From assembly GCA_044337765.1 (NCBI GenBank), contig JBIIMX010000001.1, positions 1 through 52,613 of the forward strand: DNA of 52,613 nucleotides, read 5' to 3'. The number at the start of each line of letters is the position of its first letter. Position 1 is the first letter of the stretch. Shown one piece after another: positions 18,349 through 26,704 of the stretch. The notes beneath the pieces are model-generated. The model saw only the letters and a list, made by a program, of their open reading frames with translations, searched no databases and was not told the DNA's origin. Position numbers and translations under genes: made by a program. The DNA comes from Pirellulales bacterium. Lineage in GTDB: Bacteria; Planctomycetota; Planctomycetia; Pirellulales; UBA1268.

Positions 18349-18601
18349 CGCGGGAGGAGAACACCTCGGTGGGCTCAACGACGATCGCATCGGGCGAGCA
18401 CTCGCCGCGTTGTTCGCAGCCGACGTCCCAAGCCTTGTGCTCTCGGTCATGACCCATGTCGTCCGGGAGTTCCGGGTGTCTCTCGACGAGCTTCATAACG
18501 ACTCCACATCGATCTCCTTTCACGGCGATTACACCGAGGCTCCCACCGCGCGACGGGGAGTTTTTGGCTTGCGTCCCTCTAAACGGCACCACTCGCAGTA
18601 G
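18332..18601 (+). pseudogene. Fragment of an IS1634/IS4-like transposase (N-terminal piece only)
   Basis: LNDDRIGRALAALFAADVPSLVLSVMTHVVREFRVSLDELHNDSTSISFHGDY matches the conserved N-terminal region of IS1634-family DDE transposases as I recall it. The ORF stops after 89 aa and no DDE domain follows. Confidence 0.55.
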
Positions 18602-18853
18602 GAGACTCTGGGCACTCGCCGCAGCCGGTGGCCCGTTGAGCCGTGGCTTTCTGAACCGGCGGCCGAGTGCGGCCGCTTGGGCCGCGCCGCGCTTCATGCG
18701 GCGGAGCATCGTGACTGACGACGGTACCCACGCAGGCGTAGTCCACGAAGGTCAACGGCTCCAGTAGGCGCGAGTAGGTATCCCCCCGATACTGAGGTGG
18801 CGTCAGACACGATGCCCAGGTGACACAAAGTATTCAACAAAGGTGACTCTGAG

Positions 18854-19453
18854 GTGAATAAACGAACGCTCTTCACGGCATGTGCTTTCATGGTCGTGTC
18901 CTTGGTGGCATCAGGAGTGGCCCGCTCGCAGCCCGCTGCACCGCCGGAGGTGGTGGGCACCTATCTGTTGACGATTCTGGAGCAAGGTACGAAGACACTG
19001 AAGCATGCCGTTTGTGAAATTAACGGTAACGAGTTGCTGTTAGACGACAAACCGTGGGGGACTTGGCAGGCCGTCTCCACTACTAAAATTGAAATCACCG
19101 CAAAGGACCAACAAAACGGGTTAGTGAAGCTATCGAGATTGCCCGCAGGGAATCTATTGGGTCAGCAAAAAAGTCAAGCGAGCAACGCGAAATGGACGCT
19201 GGAGAGAATTTATGTCGTCTCGAAGTGGAATCACCAGGCTGGCAATGGACAGCCGTTCGAATTGTCACTCTGGTCGAACGGGCGTGCGCAGAAGCCTGAC
19301 AGTCGCATACAGTGGAAAATAGTTCCTGCGGCTCGGGAACTCATTCTTCAATGGCCGGAGGCTACCGATCGATGCAAGTTGTCGGCTGATGGTCGTCGCT
19401 ATGAGGGACGAAACGAGCATGGAATGCTGATCACGGGCAAGCTGATTGAGTAA
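18854..19453 (+). CDS. Exported hypothetical protein
   Basis: 199 aa. Signal peptide MNKRTLFTACAFMVVSLVASGVARSQP. The DNA is visibly more A/T-rich than its surroundings. Confidence 0.6.
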   Translation: MNKRTLFTACAFMVVSLVASGVARSQPAAPPEVVGTYLLTILEQGTKTLKHAVCEINGNELLLDDKPWGTWQAVSTTKIEITAKDQQNGLVKLSRLPAGNLLGQQKSQASNAKWTLERIYVVSKWNHQAGNGQPFELSLWSNGRAQKPDSRIQWKIVPAARELILQWPEATDRCKLSADGRRYEGRNEHGMLITGKLIE

Positions 19454-19815
19454 CTCGAAAGGTCGGCATCGTGGCATCTTCAGTATGGACTACGACCTGC
19501 CCCCTTTAGCGACGCAATTCTCGGAGCGACAGTCCGCGGTGGCTGAATCCACGGGAGGGCAATCCATGCCACGCAGAATGAGTAAACTGGCTGAGGATAT
19601 CGCTGAGAATCTCCGCGTGGTGGACGGCACCGGTGCCGCTGGGGCCGGCCGCTGCGATTGAAGGCCTCTCGACGCCGCGCCGATCAGAGGCTGCTACTGA
19701 AGGGGCCATCTCCTCCTGCCGGCCGAGGGCCTTCGTGCAACTGCGGCGATGAACCAGCCGCCCTTTCGATGACGCGGTTGTCGCTGAACCTTTTATTCCT
19801 CAACGCGAGGTTGCG

Positions 19816-20061
19816 ATGTTTGCAACGCGAAGGCTCTGTTCACTGGTGATCGCCATTACTGCGACGGTTGTCTCTGTGCCGACAGCTGTTTTGGCGAACG
19901 AGCTCGAGAGACTTTTGTCAGACATCCATTCACTGGAGCAGAATGGCGATTATCGCGACGCTATTCCGCTTGCTCGTAAACTTGTCGCTGATGTGGAGAC
20001 CACGCCTGATCGATCGGCCGCAGTGGTCGTCCTCGCGAGGAGGGGTTATGATACCCGTTGA
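19816..20061 (+). CDS. Possible small exported protein or truncated gene
   Basis: 81 aa. Signal-like LCSLVIAITATVVSVPTAVLA followed by one TPR-like helix pair. Weak call. Confidence 0.3.
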   Translation: MFATRRLCSLVIAITATVVSVPTAVLANELERLLSDIHSLEQNGDYRDAIPLARKLVADVETTPDRSAAVVVLARRGYDTR

Positions 20062-20112
20062 TGGAGTGGCAAAATCAAACGGTGGCACATGGAGCGAAAA
20101 AGGGAATCGAGC

Positions 20113-22248
20113 ATGCGGACGTGCGCGTATATTTCAACAGCCTTGATGCTCGTGAGCCTTTCGACAGAGAAGTGTATGGGCCAGTTGCCGTCCGCTCCGC
20201 GGACGCTTGAAGACCTCCTCGATGACTCCTCGAAGCCGCCACTGCGCATGCCTGAGCGTATGGCGGATGCTCCACAACAAGCTGTTCCCAGCGATGACGC
20301 GATCGCGGATGCAGTCGAATTGATCCGGCAGGCCTACGAAAGCGACTATCAGGCGAGCGACAAGAATCCGGAGCCGCTCATCCACAAGCTGCTCTCGGCC
20401 ATGAGCCAAACGGATGTTCCGGCCCGCAAGTACGCCTGCTTGCTGGAGGCCGAACGGGCGGCGGCCAAGGCGGGCGATTACCAGAGGGTGTTGGAACTCA
20501 CAGATATCCGGGCCGTCGAATTCGAAATCGACGGCATCCAGACACGGCTCGATCGGTTGGCGGAATTCCTCACCCCGGCGGCCAAGCGAGACCCGGCCGC
20601 GCTAGCGAAACTCTACGGTCACGCGATCGAGACCGCCGAACGCGGCCTGCAACAGGAGACGATGGCCGCAGGCAAGGCGGCGGCCGACATGGCCGTGGGA
20701 ATAGCCAAGGCGACCCAGATGTTGGGACGGTCTAAAAAAAATCCTGATCTGATCGCGGCGGGAGAAGAGAAACTACGGGAAGCCCAGGACCTCGTGAAGA
20801 CCATCCAGAAGCGACGCGAATCGCTGGCGAAAATGGAGGCGGCGACCGCGGTGCTGAAAGACAATCCGGCTGATCCGGTGGCCAATGATACGGTTGGCAG
20901 GTATCGCTGCTTCGCAAGCAGCGATTGGGAGGATGGGCTGCCGATGCTCTCCAAGGCCGATGCCGGCGAACTGAAAGACATGGCGACTGAAGAGATCGCC
21001 CTGCGCGAGACCAATCCGCCCGATGTACGTCGCGTGTTTGAGGTCGCCGGCCGGTGGTGGAAATATGCCGAGGCACCAGGTTTGTCGACGCAAGAGAAGG
21101 GCGCCGTCAAAAAACATGCCGGCACTCTCTATGGCGAAATCATGGATCGCCTGACTGATCCACTGGAGGGTCAAGTCGCACAGACGCGATTCGCCAGCAG
21201 CGGGGCGCCGAAACCAAGCAGGGATGATTGGGTTGTCCCCCCTCCCCTTCCCGAGTCTGGGCCGGGGCCGGGGCCCCGGCCGGACGACACACTCTCTCCG
21301 GTGATCGACAAGAGTCTCGAGTGGCTGATCGCCCATCAACTTGGTGACGGGGGCTGGTCGTTCGAACATGGCCAGTGCAAGAAATGCAACGGTCAGTGCG
21401 ACAATCCGGGTGAAGGGAAGACCGCGGGTGATAGGTCTGCCGCCACTGCGTTGGCCATGATCGCTTTCCATCGAAGCGGCCACTCCCACAAGGAGGGCCG
21501 CTACAAAGCCCAGCTGCGGCAGGGGATCAGGTTCCTGACCGCTCTGGCCGCGAAAGGCGGCGGCAAATGCTACGGAGAGGAGGGCTCCCTGTACACGCAG
21601 GGTTGTGCCACCATCGCGCTCGCGGAAGCCTACGCATTGACCAAGGACGTGCGGCTGCGGCCAGCCGCACAGGCGGCACTCAACTACATCCAGGATTCGC
21701 AGGATCCGGCCGGAGGTGGTTGGCGCTACGCGCCGCGACAGGCGGGTGACACGTCTGCAACCGGTTGGCAGGTCGCTGCGTTGGCAATAGGTCGGTCAGC
21801 CGGACTGGCGGTCAGGCCCGACGTGCTGGTCAAAGCCGATCGCTTTCTCAATTCCGTCCAAGCCGACCAAGGTGCCGCCTACGGCTACACGGATGCCGGC
21901 ACGGCCCGAGGTACGACCGCCGTGGGCCTTTTTTGCCGCTCGAAGCTCGGTTGGACACCGCAGACGCCCGCTCTGAATCGTGGTGCAGCGACGTTCGTGA
22001 AGACCGGACCGTCGGCCGACCTCTACTTCGATTACTACGCCACGCAGGTCACGCAGTACGTGGGCGGCGAGACCTGGGACGCATGGCGCACGCCGATGCA
22101 CGACAAACTCGTGCAGTCGCAGGACCAGCGGGGCCACGCTGCGGGAAGTTGGTACGACGGTGTTTCCGGCGGCCACGGAGCAGACATTGGCGGACGGCTT
22201 TACTGCACGACTCTCGCCACGATGATCCTCTGCGTGGGGTCGCCATAG
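20113..22248 (+). CDS. Exported protein with C-terminal prenyltransferase/terpene-cyclase-like alpha/alpha-toroid repeats
   Basis: ATG at 20113 (MRTCAYISTALMLVSLS...). The C-terminal half carries repeats such as WLIAHQLGDGGWSF, ATALAMIAFHRSGH, TQGCATIALAEAY, YIQDSQDPAGGGWRY, TGWQVAALAIG and VQSQDQRGHAAGSWY, typical of the squalene-cyclase/prenyltransferase repeat fold. The N-terminal half is helical. Confidence 0.7.
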   Translation: MRTCAYISTALMLVSLSTEKCMGQLPSAPRTLEDLLDDSSKPPLRMPERMADAPQQAVPSDDAIADAVELIRQAYESDYQASDKNPEPLIHKLLSAMSQTDVPARKYACLLEAERAAAKAGDYQRVLELTDIRAVEFEIDGIQTRLDRLAEFLTPAAKRDPAALAKLYGHAIETAERGLQQETMAAGKAAADMAVGIAKATQMLGRSKKNPDLIAAGEEKLREAQDLVKTIQKRRESLAKMEAATAVLKDNPADPVANDTVGRYRCFASSDWEDGLPMLSKADAGELKDMATEEIALRETNPPDVRRVFEVAGRWWKYAEAPGLSTQEKGAVKKHAGTLYGEIMDRLTDPLEGQVAQTRFASSGAPKPSRDDWVVPPPLPESGPGPGPRPDDTLSPVIDKSLEWLIAHQLGDGGWSFEHGQCKKCNGQCDNPGEGKTAGDRSAATALAMIAFHRSGHSHKEGRYKAQLRQGIRFLTALAAKGGGKCYGEEGSLYTQGCATIALAEAYALTKDVRLRPAAQAALNYIQDSQDPAGGGWRYAPRQAGDTSATGWQVAALAIGRSAGLAVRPDVLVKADRFLNSVQADQGAAYGYTDAGTARGTTAVGLFCRSKLGWTPQTPALNRGAATFVKTGPSADLYFDYYATQVTQYVGGETWDAWRTPMHDKLVQSQDQRGHAAGSWYDGVSGGHGADIGGRLYCTTLATMILCVGSP

Positions 22249-22251
22249 CGA

Positions 22252-22342
22252 CCCCTTCAACGGCACCATATCCAGTGAGCGAGTCTGGGGGTTGACGTCA
22301 CACCCCTAGATTCTCTCTCGAGAAGTGGTGCCGTTGAGGGGG
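22252..22342. repeat. Long-range inverted repeat (17-bp arms, 57-nt loop) with a nested TGACGTCA palindrome; possible terminator or structured RNA
   Basis: CCCCTTCAACGGCACCA (22252-22268) pairs with TGGTGCCGTTGAGGGGG (22326-22342) with one G-U position. It begins 4 nt after the stop at 22248. Confidence 0.5.
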
Positions 22343-22487
22343 GGCAGGTCAGTATTCCGCCACGCAATGCGTCGCACCGGTCGAGGTGAGACACGCGAGC
22401 CGCCGCCTGTTGCCGCCGGTTTCTGCGGAATTTGACGACGCGGAGACGGCGAACTAGCCTCACTTGAAGGCCCTGAGGTGTTGAGAC

Positions 22488-22985
22488 ATGTGCATGCGCG
22501 TACGACTATTCAGCAGGATTGTCTTTTTGATTCCGTGCTTGATCGCGGGTTGGCCGACTCCTCACCTGTCGGCCGGTGAAGCGAAGACGGCGACCACCAC
22601 TGCCTCGAATCCGTTTGCGATTCCAGGAATCGACCGGTTGGTTGAAGCCGCTACTACAGAGGTAAAACGATCGGGTGATCGATTCCGGATCGCCGCATTC
22701 GACGACGTGCGCGACGTCATGGCTCATGCATCGGAGTGGATCTGGTATTCACGAGACAATGGCGTCCTGTTGGCTATCCCGGTTCGCGAGCGGCTGGGTA
22801 TTGCAGCCAAAGTCGAGGGTGAAAAAGCCTTGGCGGACGTTGTCCGACGACTCATCAATCAGGCCGGGTGGGGCAATCCACCGGTGCAGGTCGTCCTGAT
22901 CGAGCCCGAAGAGCCTCGCTTCGTGCCTCAATACGGTCGACCGTCCGCACCTATTCCGGCCATCTCTTGTTGTGGCTGCGACTGA
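22488..22985 (+). CDS. Small exported protein X1 (paralog of 42169..42765), Cys-rich C-terminal tail
   Basis: 165 aa. Signal peptide RIVFLIPCLIAGWPTPHLSAG. Shares EWIWYSRDNGVLLAI / DWHFYSRDRGILIAI and VVRRLINQ...VQVVLIEPE / VVEAVIRQ...VMVIFIDPA with X2. Ends in SCCGCD. Confidence 0.7.
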   Translation: MCMRVRLFSRIVFLIPCLIAGWPTPHLSAGEAKTATTTASNPFAIPGIDRLVEAATTEVKRSGDRFRIAAFDDVRDVMAHASEWIWYSRDNGVLLAIPVRERLGIAAKVEGEKALADVVRRLINQAGWGNPPVQVVLIEPEEPRFVPQYGRPSAPIPAISCCGCD

Positions 22986-23001
22986 GTCTACGCCAGCACG
23001 G

Positions 23002-24984
23002 TCATGGCACGAGGCTGCTCGCGTCGAACCAGAAGGCAGCCCCGCCTCGGGACTTGAGGGCCCTGCTCAAGCCGTCGACTCGCTCCGACAATCGACCAAT
23101 CTCCCTGGCAGCTGCCGGTCGATCCTTTTCGTAGGCGACAGAGGGGAACGGCAGCGCGGCCTTCAGCCGGAGCCCGAAAATATCCTCTAGGAAAACGCCG
23201 ACACTTCTGCTCTCCACAGGCATGCGATTCCATGCTGCACGCATGCGATCGCCGATCAGCCGATGCTTCGACACAGACTCGAGATCATCCGCCAGGGCTG
23301 CGATCACCGCATTCCCGTCGATCTGTTCACCACGGGCGAACGTGTCGCGCAGGTCGTCGAACATCCGGCCCACCGCCTCCTGCTCCGGTTCGGCGAGCAG
23401 GAAGAGTTCTCGGAATTGGGGCTGAGCCAACCCTGCGTCTTTCGACGTCGGGTGGAAGAGCCAACCACGTGACGGAACAAAGTATTGGAGATATCGATCG
23501 TCGAACGCTGCACGATCCAGCCCGCGTTTTTTCATGGCCTCGAGGAGTTTGGGCCCCGGGGCCGTGTACGGGGTCCGGGATTCCATCCGTTCGACCACAC
23601 GGCGTAGTTGCAGCCGCCGCAATTCAGTGGCCTCGCTCGCTGCCTGGAGCGCCTCCTTCAAGTTGTTGGTTCCAGCTTCCTGGTAGACGACGAGTCCTTC
23701 CGTATCCCCCAATTGTTTTACGGCCTCCGCAACTGCGGCACTGTCTTCCTTGAACAGCATCTCGTCCGGTGTCCTGCGCCGTCCCACGTGCATGAAGAAG
23801 ACAGACGCCCCCGTGTCCTCGATTTTTCTCGCGATGTCCGCCACGAGCGCCGGTTTCGCCGGGTCATCAGGCTCGTGGCCCGTATCCCCGAGCACCGTGA
23901 CGAACAGCGTGGCCCCGCGTTCGAACTCGAGGTTTGCCAAGCAATCGCGCAGCCCCTCCAGCATCCTCTCCGGTGGATTGGCGTACTCGCTGGGGGGGAG
24001 GAAGTGTCCGAGCTTCTCCACATCGTCGGCGAGCGACTCGACGTCCGTGGCCTCCTTCACATCTTGGAAGTCGCCCAACGTGACGCGAAGTTCGCCCTCG
24101 TCTGGCGTGTCCGCGGGACCGTCCCGATACGAACACACCGCCATTTTCACGGGCGTCGGTCGCGCTTCGGCGACCTCGCCCGCGTCGCGGATGAACTTTG
24201 CGACGATTTGACTGAACGGCGCCATACTCACCGTATCGTCGATGACAAACACCATCTCGAGCCCCTTTTCCTCGGCGGCCATCTCCCTGCGCTTTTCCAG
24301 CAGCTCCCTGTCAACTGGTCCACCGCAGACGGCCCCCATGTGGACGAGTCGATTCTCGATCGGGACGCCGAATCGGAATGTTGGAGTCGTATCGGGGTGC
24401 TTCCGATCCCGCTTCTCGGGTGAGATTCGCAATTCGACGAATGGAACCACGTCGTCAATCGTGACCGGCTCCCAGGTCTCCGCCCCCTCCCGTTCGTTCA
24501 CTACGACCGTTTTCTCGGCTCCCTGGAGGTTGCCGTTTACCTGCGCCACAAGCCGCTCGTAACTCTCCTTCGAGTCGTCGTGCAGGTCGGCAAGCCGCTC
24601 GCGCTTGCGTCGGGCGAAGGTGTATGCATAGCGACTCTGGAGCAGGTGCACGTGCACGCCGCGTGCCCATCCCAGCGGCGATTCGGCCGTGTAGCCGTCC
24701 TGCAGAAGGTGCCACTCGGCACTGGCCGAGTCGGTCCGCGTCTCGACGACGAAATACGGCCGAAAGAGAGGCAGCACCGTGTCCAGTGGCTTGCCGCCGG
24801 GGCCATCGTGAACCCGTAGCTCGTCGATGTCCTCGCCATCCAGTCTTCGGACGCCCATCGCCAGCTGTGGCACGAGCGAATCGCCCACGAACCCGCATGC
24901 GGACGGAGGCGCCGCCGTAACAGCCGACGCCGTAGCCCAGCAGGCCGCAACGCACACGAGTGTTTTCTGCCACCCGCTCATCAT
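23002..24984 (-). CDS. Exported von Willebrand factor A (vWA) domain protein V1 (paralog of 40155..42149)
   Basis: 660 aa. Signal peptide TLVCVAACWATASAVTA. MIDAS-like MVFVIDDTVSM plus downstream VLGDTGHEPDDP. Many blocks are shared with V2. Its start overlaps the C1 stop (ATGA). Confidence 0.8.
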   Translation of the reverse strand: MMSGWQKTLVCVAACWATASAVTAAPPSACGFVGDSLVPQLAMGVRRLDGEDIDELRVHDGPGGKPLDTVLPLFRPYFVVETRTDSASAEWHLLQDGYTAESPLGWARGVHVHLLQSRYAYTFARRKRERLADLHDDSKESYERLVAQVNGNLQGAEKTVVVNEREGAETWEPVTIDDVVPFVELRISPEKRDRKHPDTTPTFRFGVPIENRLVHMGAVCGGPVDRELLEKRREMAAEEKGLEMVFVIDDTVSMAPFSQIVAKFIRDAGEVAEARPTPVKMAVCSYRDGPADTPDEGELRVTLGDFQDVKEATDVESLADDVEKLGHFLPPSEYANPPERMLEGLRDCLANLEFERGATLFVTVLGDTGHEPDDPAKPALVADIARKIEDTGASVFFMHVGRRRTPDEMLFKEDSAAVAEAVKQLGDTEGLVVYQEAGTNNLKEALQAASEATELRRLQLRRVVERMESRTPYTAPGPKLLEAMKKRGLDRAAFDDRYLQYFVPSRGWLFHPTSKDAGLAQPQFRELFLLAEPEQEAVGRMFDDLRDTFARGEQIDGNAVIAALADDLESVSKHRLIGDRMRAAWNRMPVESRSVGVFLEDIFGLRLKAALPFPSVAYEKDRPAAAREIGRLSERVDGLSRALKSRGGAAFWFDASSLVP

Positions 24985-26666
24985 TTCATACCCTGCCCAA
25001 GGTTCAGCCGAGCGTCTGGTCGGGCTCCGATGGCATCGAGAACGTCGTCAATGTGCTCCACGAGCTCATCCGATTTTGGTGAGCGGGCCGTGACCTGGCC
25101 GTCGCTGACCTCGTCCTTCATCGCCTCCCCGAGCGCCCGGGCCCGTTCCGGATCGGCGTCTGGGCAAAGGAACGACACGGCACCGCAACCTTCGGAAGCC
25201 AGGGAACTGAAGACATGGAGGTTGGTCGCCGACACCAACTCCCGCTCGGGCCAGACGACGACCGTGCGGATGTCGGGGTTTGCTGAATCACGTCGCGCGC
25301 GGACGATGGTCTCCACGACCCGCTCCACCTGGCTCTCGAGGTCTTGGCGGGAAGTGGTGAATGGTTTGAACGCTTTGGCTGCCTCCGGCGGTTCGCTGCT
25401 CTCGTTGAGCAGCGTGTCGGTGCCATCGGCGTTGATCACGATCGCACCCTGATTGTAGGGCTTGCGATCCTTGATTGCTTCCCGGACTTGAGCCGTGATG
25501 ACATCACCCGGTTCGTGCAGACGCTGATCGTTCACGAGGTAGATCATGAAGTCGGCCGGTTTCGGCTTGCCACCGCCAGCTCCACCACCGCCAGCTCCAC
25601 CACCGCCAGCTCCACCACCGCCAGCTCCACCACCGCCAGCTCCACCACCGCCTGATCCACCACCGCCTGATCCACCACCGCCTGATCCACCACCGCCTGA
25701 CACACCACCACCTGGTCCACCCGTTGGTGCGCCACACACGCCGCACGAGCCACCTTTGCCATCACAGGGGCCGCACTTCCCGCTTCCGCGACACGCGGGA
25801 GAGTCGCCGCCTTTTCCCTTGCATGCATCGCATGAGCCCGAGCCTCTGCATGCCTTGCACGGGCTGCCGGCGCCCTTGCATTTGTCGCACATTCCGCTCC
25901 CAAGGCCGCAGGCCTCGCAGCCACCGGATTTGCCACCACATTTGGGGCATGCCGGCTTGCCGGACGGCTCGCATCCGCATCCCTTGCCGCCGCACTTCTT
26001 GCAACTGCCACTCTTGCCGCACGAAGCGCAACCTCCTTCTTTGCCTTTACAGTCGCCGCATGCTCCCTTGCCGTCACACTGATCGCAACGATCACCCTTG
26101 CCCTGGCACCGATCGCACTCAGGGCGTGTGGAGTTGCAGGCATCGCAGCCACCCTTGCGGTCCCCGCATTTCGCACAGGGCTTCCGGCACTTCTCGCATC
26201 CGCCGGACTTGTCGCCACACTGCGCGCAGGCCGCTTCGTCAGCAGGAACGGCTACGGGAACCCCGCCGGCAGCACCAGCTTGGCCGTTCCGCACGACGAA
26301 TGGGCCCAGTCGCACCATCCGCTCGCCAGCGGGGATGACTCCACCCGACTTGAAGGCCAATCCCCGCATGGCCAGCGTCACAGGGTAATCATCTTTGAGC
26401 GGGCGTGTGATCTCGGCCACAACCCAGAATGGCTCCCCCTGACGCCAACTTCCGATCCGTTGGCCCTCCTCATCTTCGAGCTGAAAACGGACCGCGGCCA
26501 GCGAGCTCGTGTCACCGCTGAGTGCGTATGAGGAGCACGAAAGCCCCACCATCGCTGCGGTCAGCGCGACGTGCAGCAGGCGCCATCTTCCGATTGCCGG
26601 GTAAAACGATCGGTCTGTAGCCATGTCGAGTTCCCTGTTCACGATTGCGCTTTTCCCGAGCTTCAT
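24981..26666 (-). CDS. Exported/anchored protein C1: conserved N and C domains split by a DnaJ-type CxxCxGxG zinc-finger-like array and a (G4S)n(G4A)n linker (paralog of 38374..40158)
   Basis: 561 aa. Hydrophobic WRLLHVALTAAMVGLSCSSYALSG. 16 CxxC motifs between aa 147 and 311, for example CDKCKGAGSPCKACRGSGSCDACKGKG. Then GGGGS and GGGGA repeats, then a C-terminal domain shared with C2 (IRTVVVWPERELV, VSFLCPDAD). The start could instead be the internal Met at MATDR. Confidence 0.8.
   Translation of the reverse strand: MKLGKSAIVNRELDMATDRSFYPAIGRWRLLHVALTAAMVGLSCSSYALSGDTSSLAAVRFQLEDEEGQRIGSWRQGEPFWVVAEITRPLKDDYPVTLAMRGLAFKSGGVIPAGERMVRLGPFVVRNGQAGAAGGVPVAVPADEAACAQCGDKSGGCEKCRKPCAKCGDRKGGCDACNSTRPECDRCQGKGDRCDQCDGKGACGDCKGKEGGCASCGKSGSCKKCGGKGCGCEPSGKPACPKCGGKSGGCEACGLGSGMCDKCKGAGSPCKACRGSGSCDACKGKGGDSPACRGSGKCGPCDGKGGSCGVCGAPTGGPGGGVSGGGGSGGGGSGGGGSGGGGAGGGGAGGGGAGGGGAGGGGAGGGKPKPADFMIYLVNDQRLHEPGDVITAQVREAIKDRKPYNQGAIVINADGTDTLLNESSEPPEAAKAFKPFTTSRQDLESQVERVVETIVRARRDSANPDIRTVVVWPERELVSATNLHVFSSLASEGCGAVSFLCPDADPERARALGEAMKDEVSDGQVTARSPKSDELVEHIDDVLDAIGARPDARLNLGQGMK
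25569..25721. repeat. Perfect 15-bp in-frame tandem repeats encoding the (G4S)/(G4A) linker
   Basis: On the plus strand, GCTCCACCACCGCCA occurs five times, followed by CCTGATCCACCACCG-type units (three or more). This lies inside the C1 coding sequence. Confidence 0.9.
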
Positions 26667-26675
26667 TGGGGGTGT

Positions 26676-26704
26676 TTGCGTAGTCCCAACCGTTTAGATA
26701 CTAT
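26676..26704 (+). promoter_or_regulatory. Candidate sigma70-like promoter for the core operon
   Basis: TTGCGT (26676-26681), a 17-nt spacer, then TACTAT (26699-26704), about 100 nt upstream of the ATG at 26807. It lies in the 140-bp divergent intergenic region between C1 and the core. Promoter rules for this phylum are poorly known. Confidence 0.3.

Noticed and set aside
25569-25721. The (G4S)n linker raised the possibility of an engineered or synthetic construct.
   Set aside because: It lies in frame between domains that have a diverged natural paralog in the same locus. It is mixed with G4A units and native high-GC codons. No vector-like sequence is nearby.
25546-26082. Plus-strand ORF encoding a proline-rich PPPAPPPP... 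protein.
   Set aside because: It is the antisense reading of the Gly-linker and Cys-array region of C1. The minus-strand frame is continuous with domains conserved in the paralog C2.
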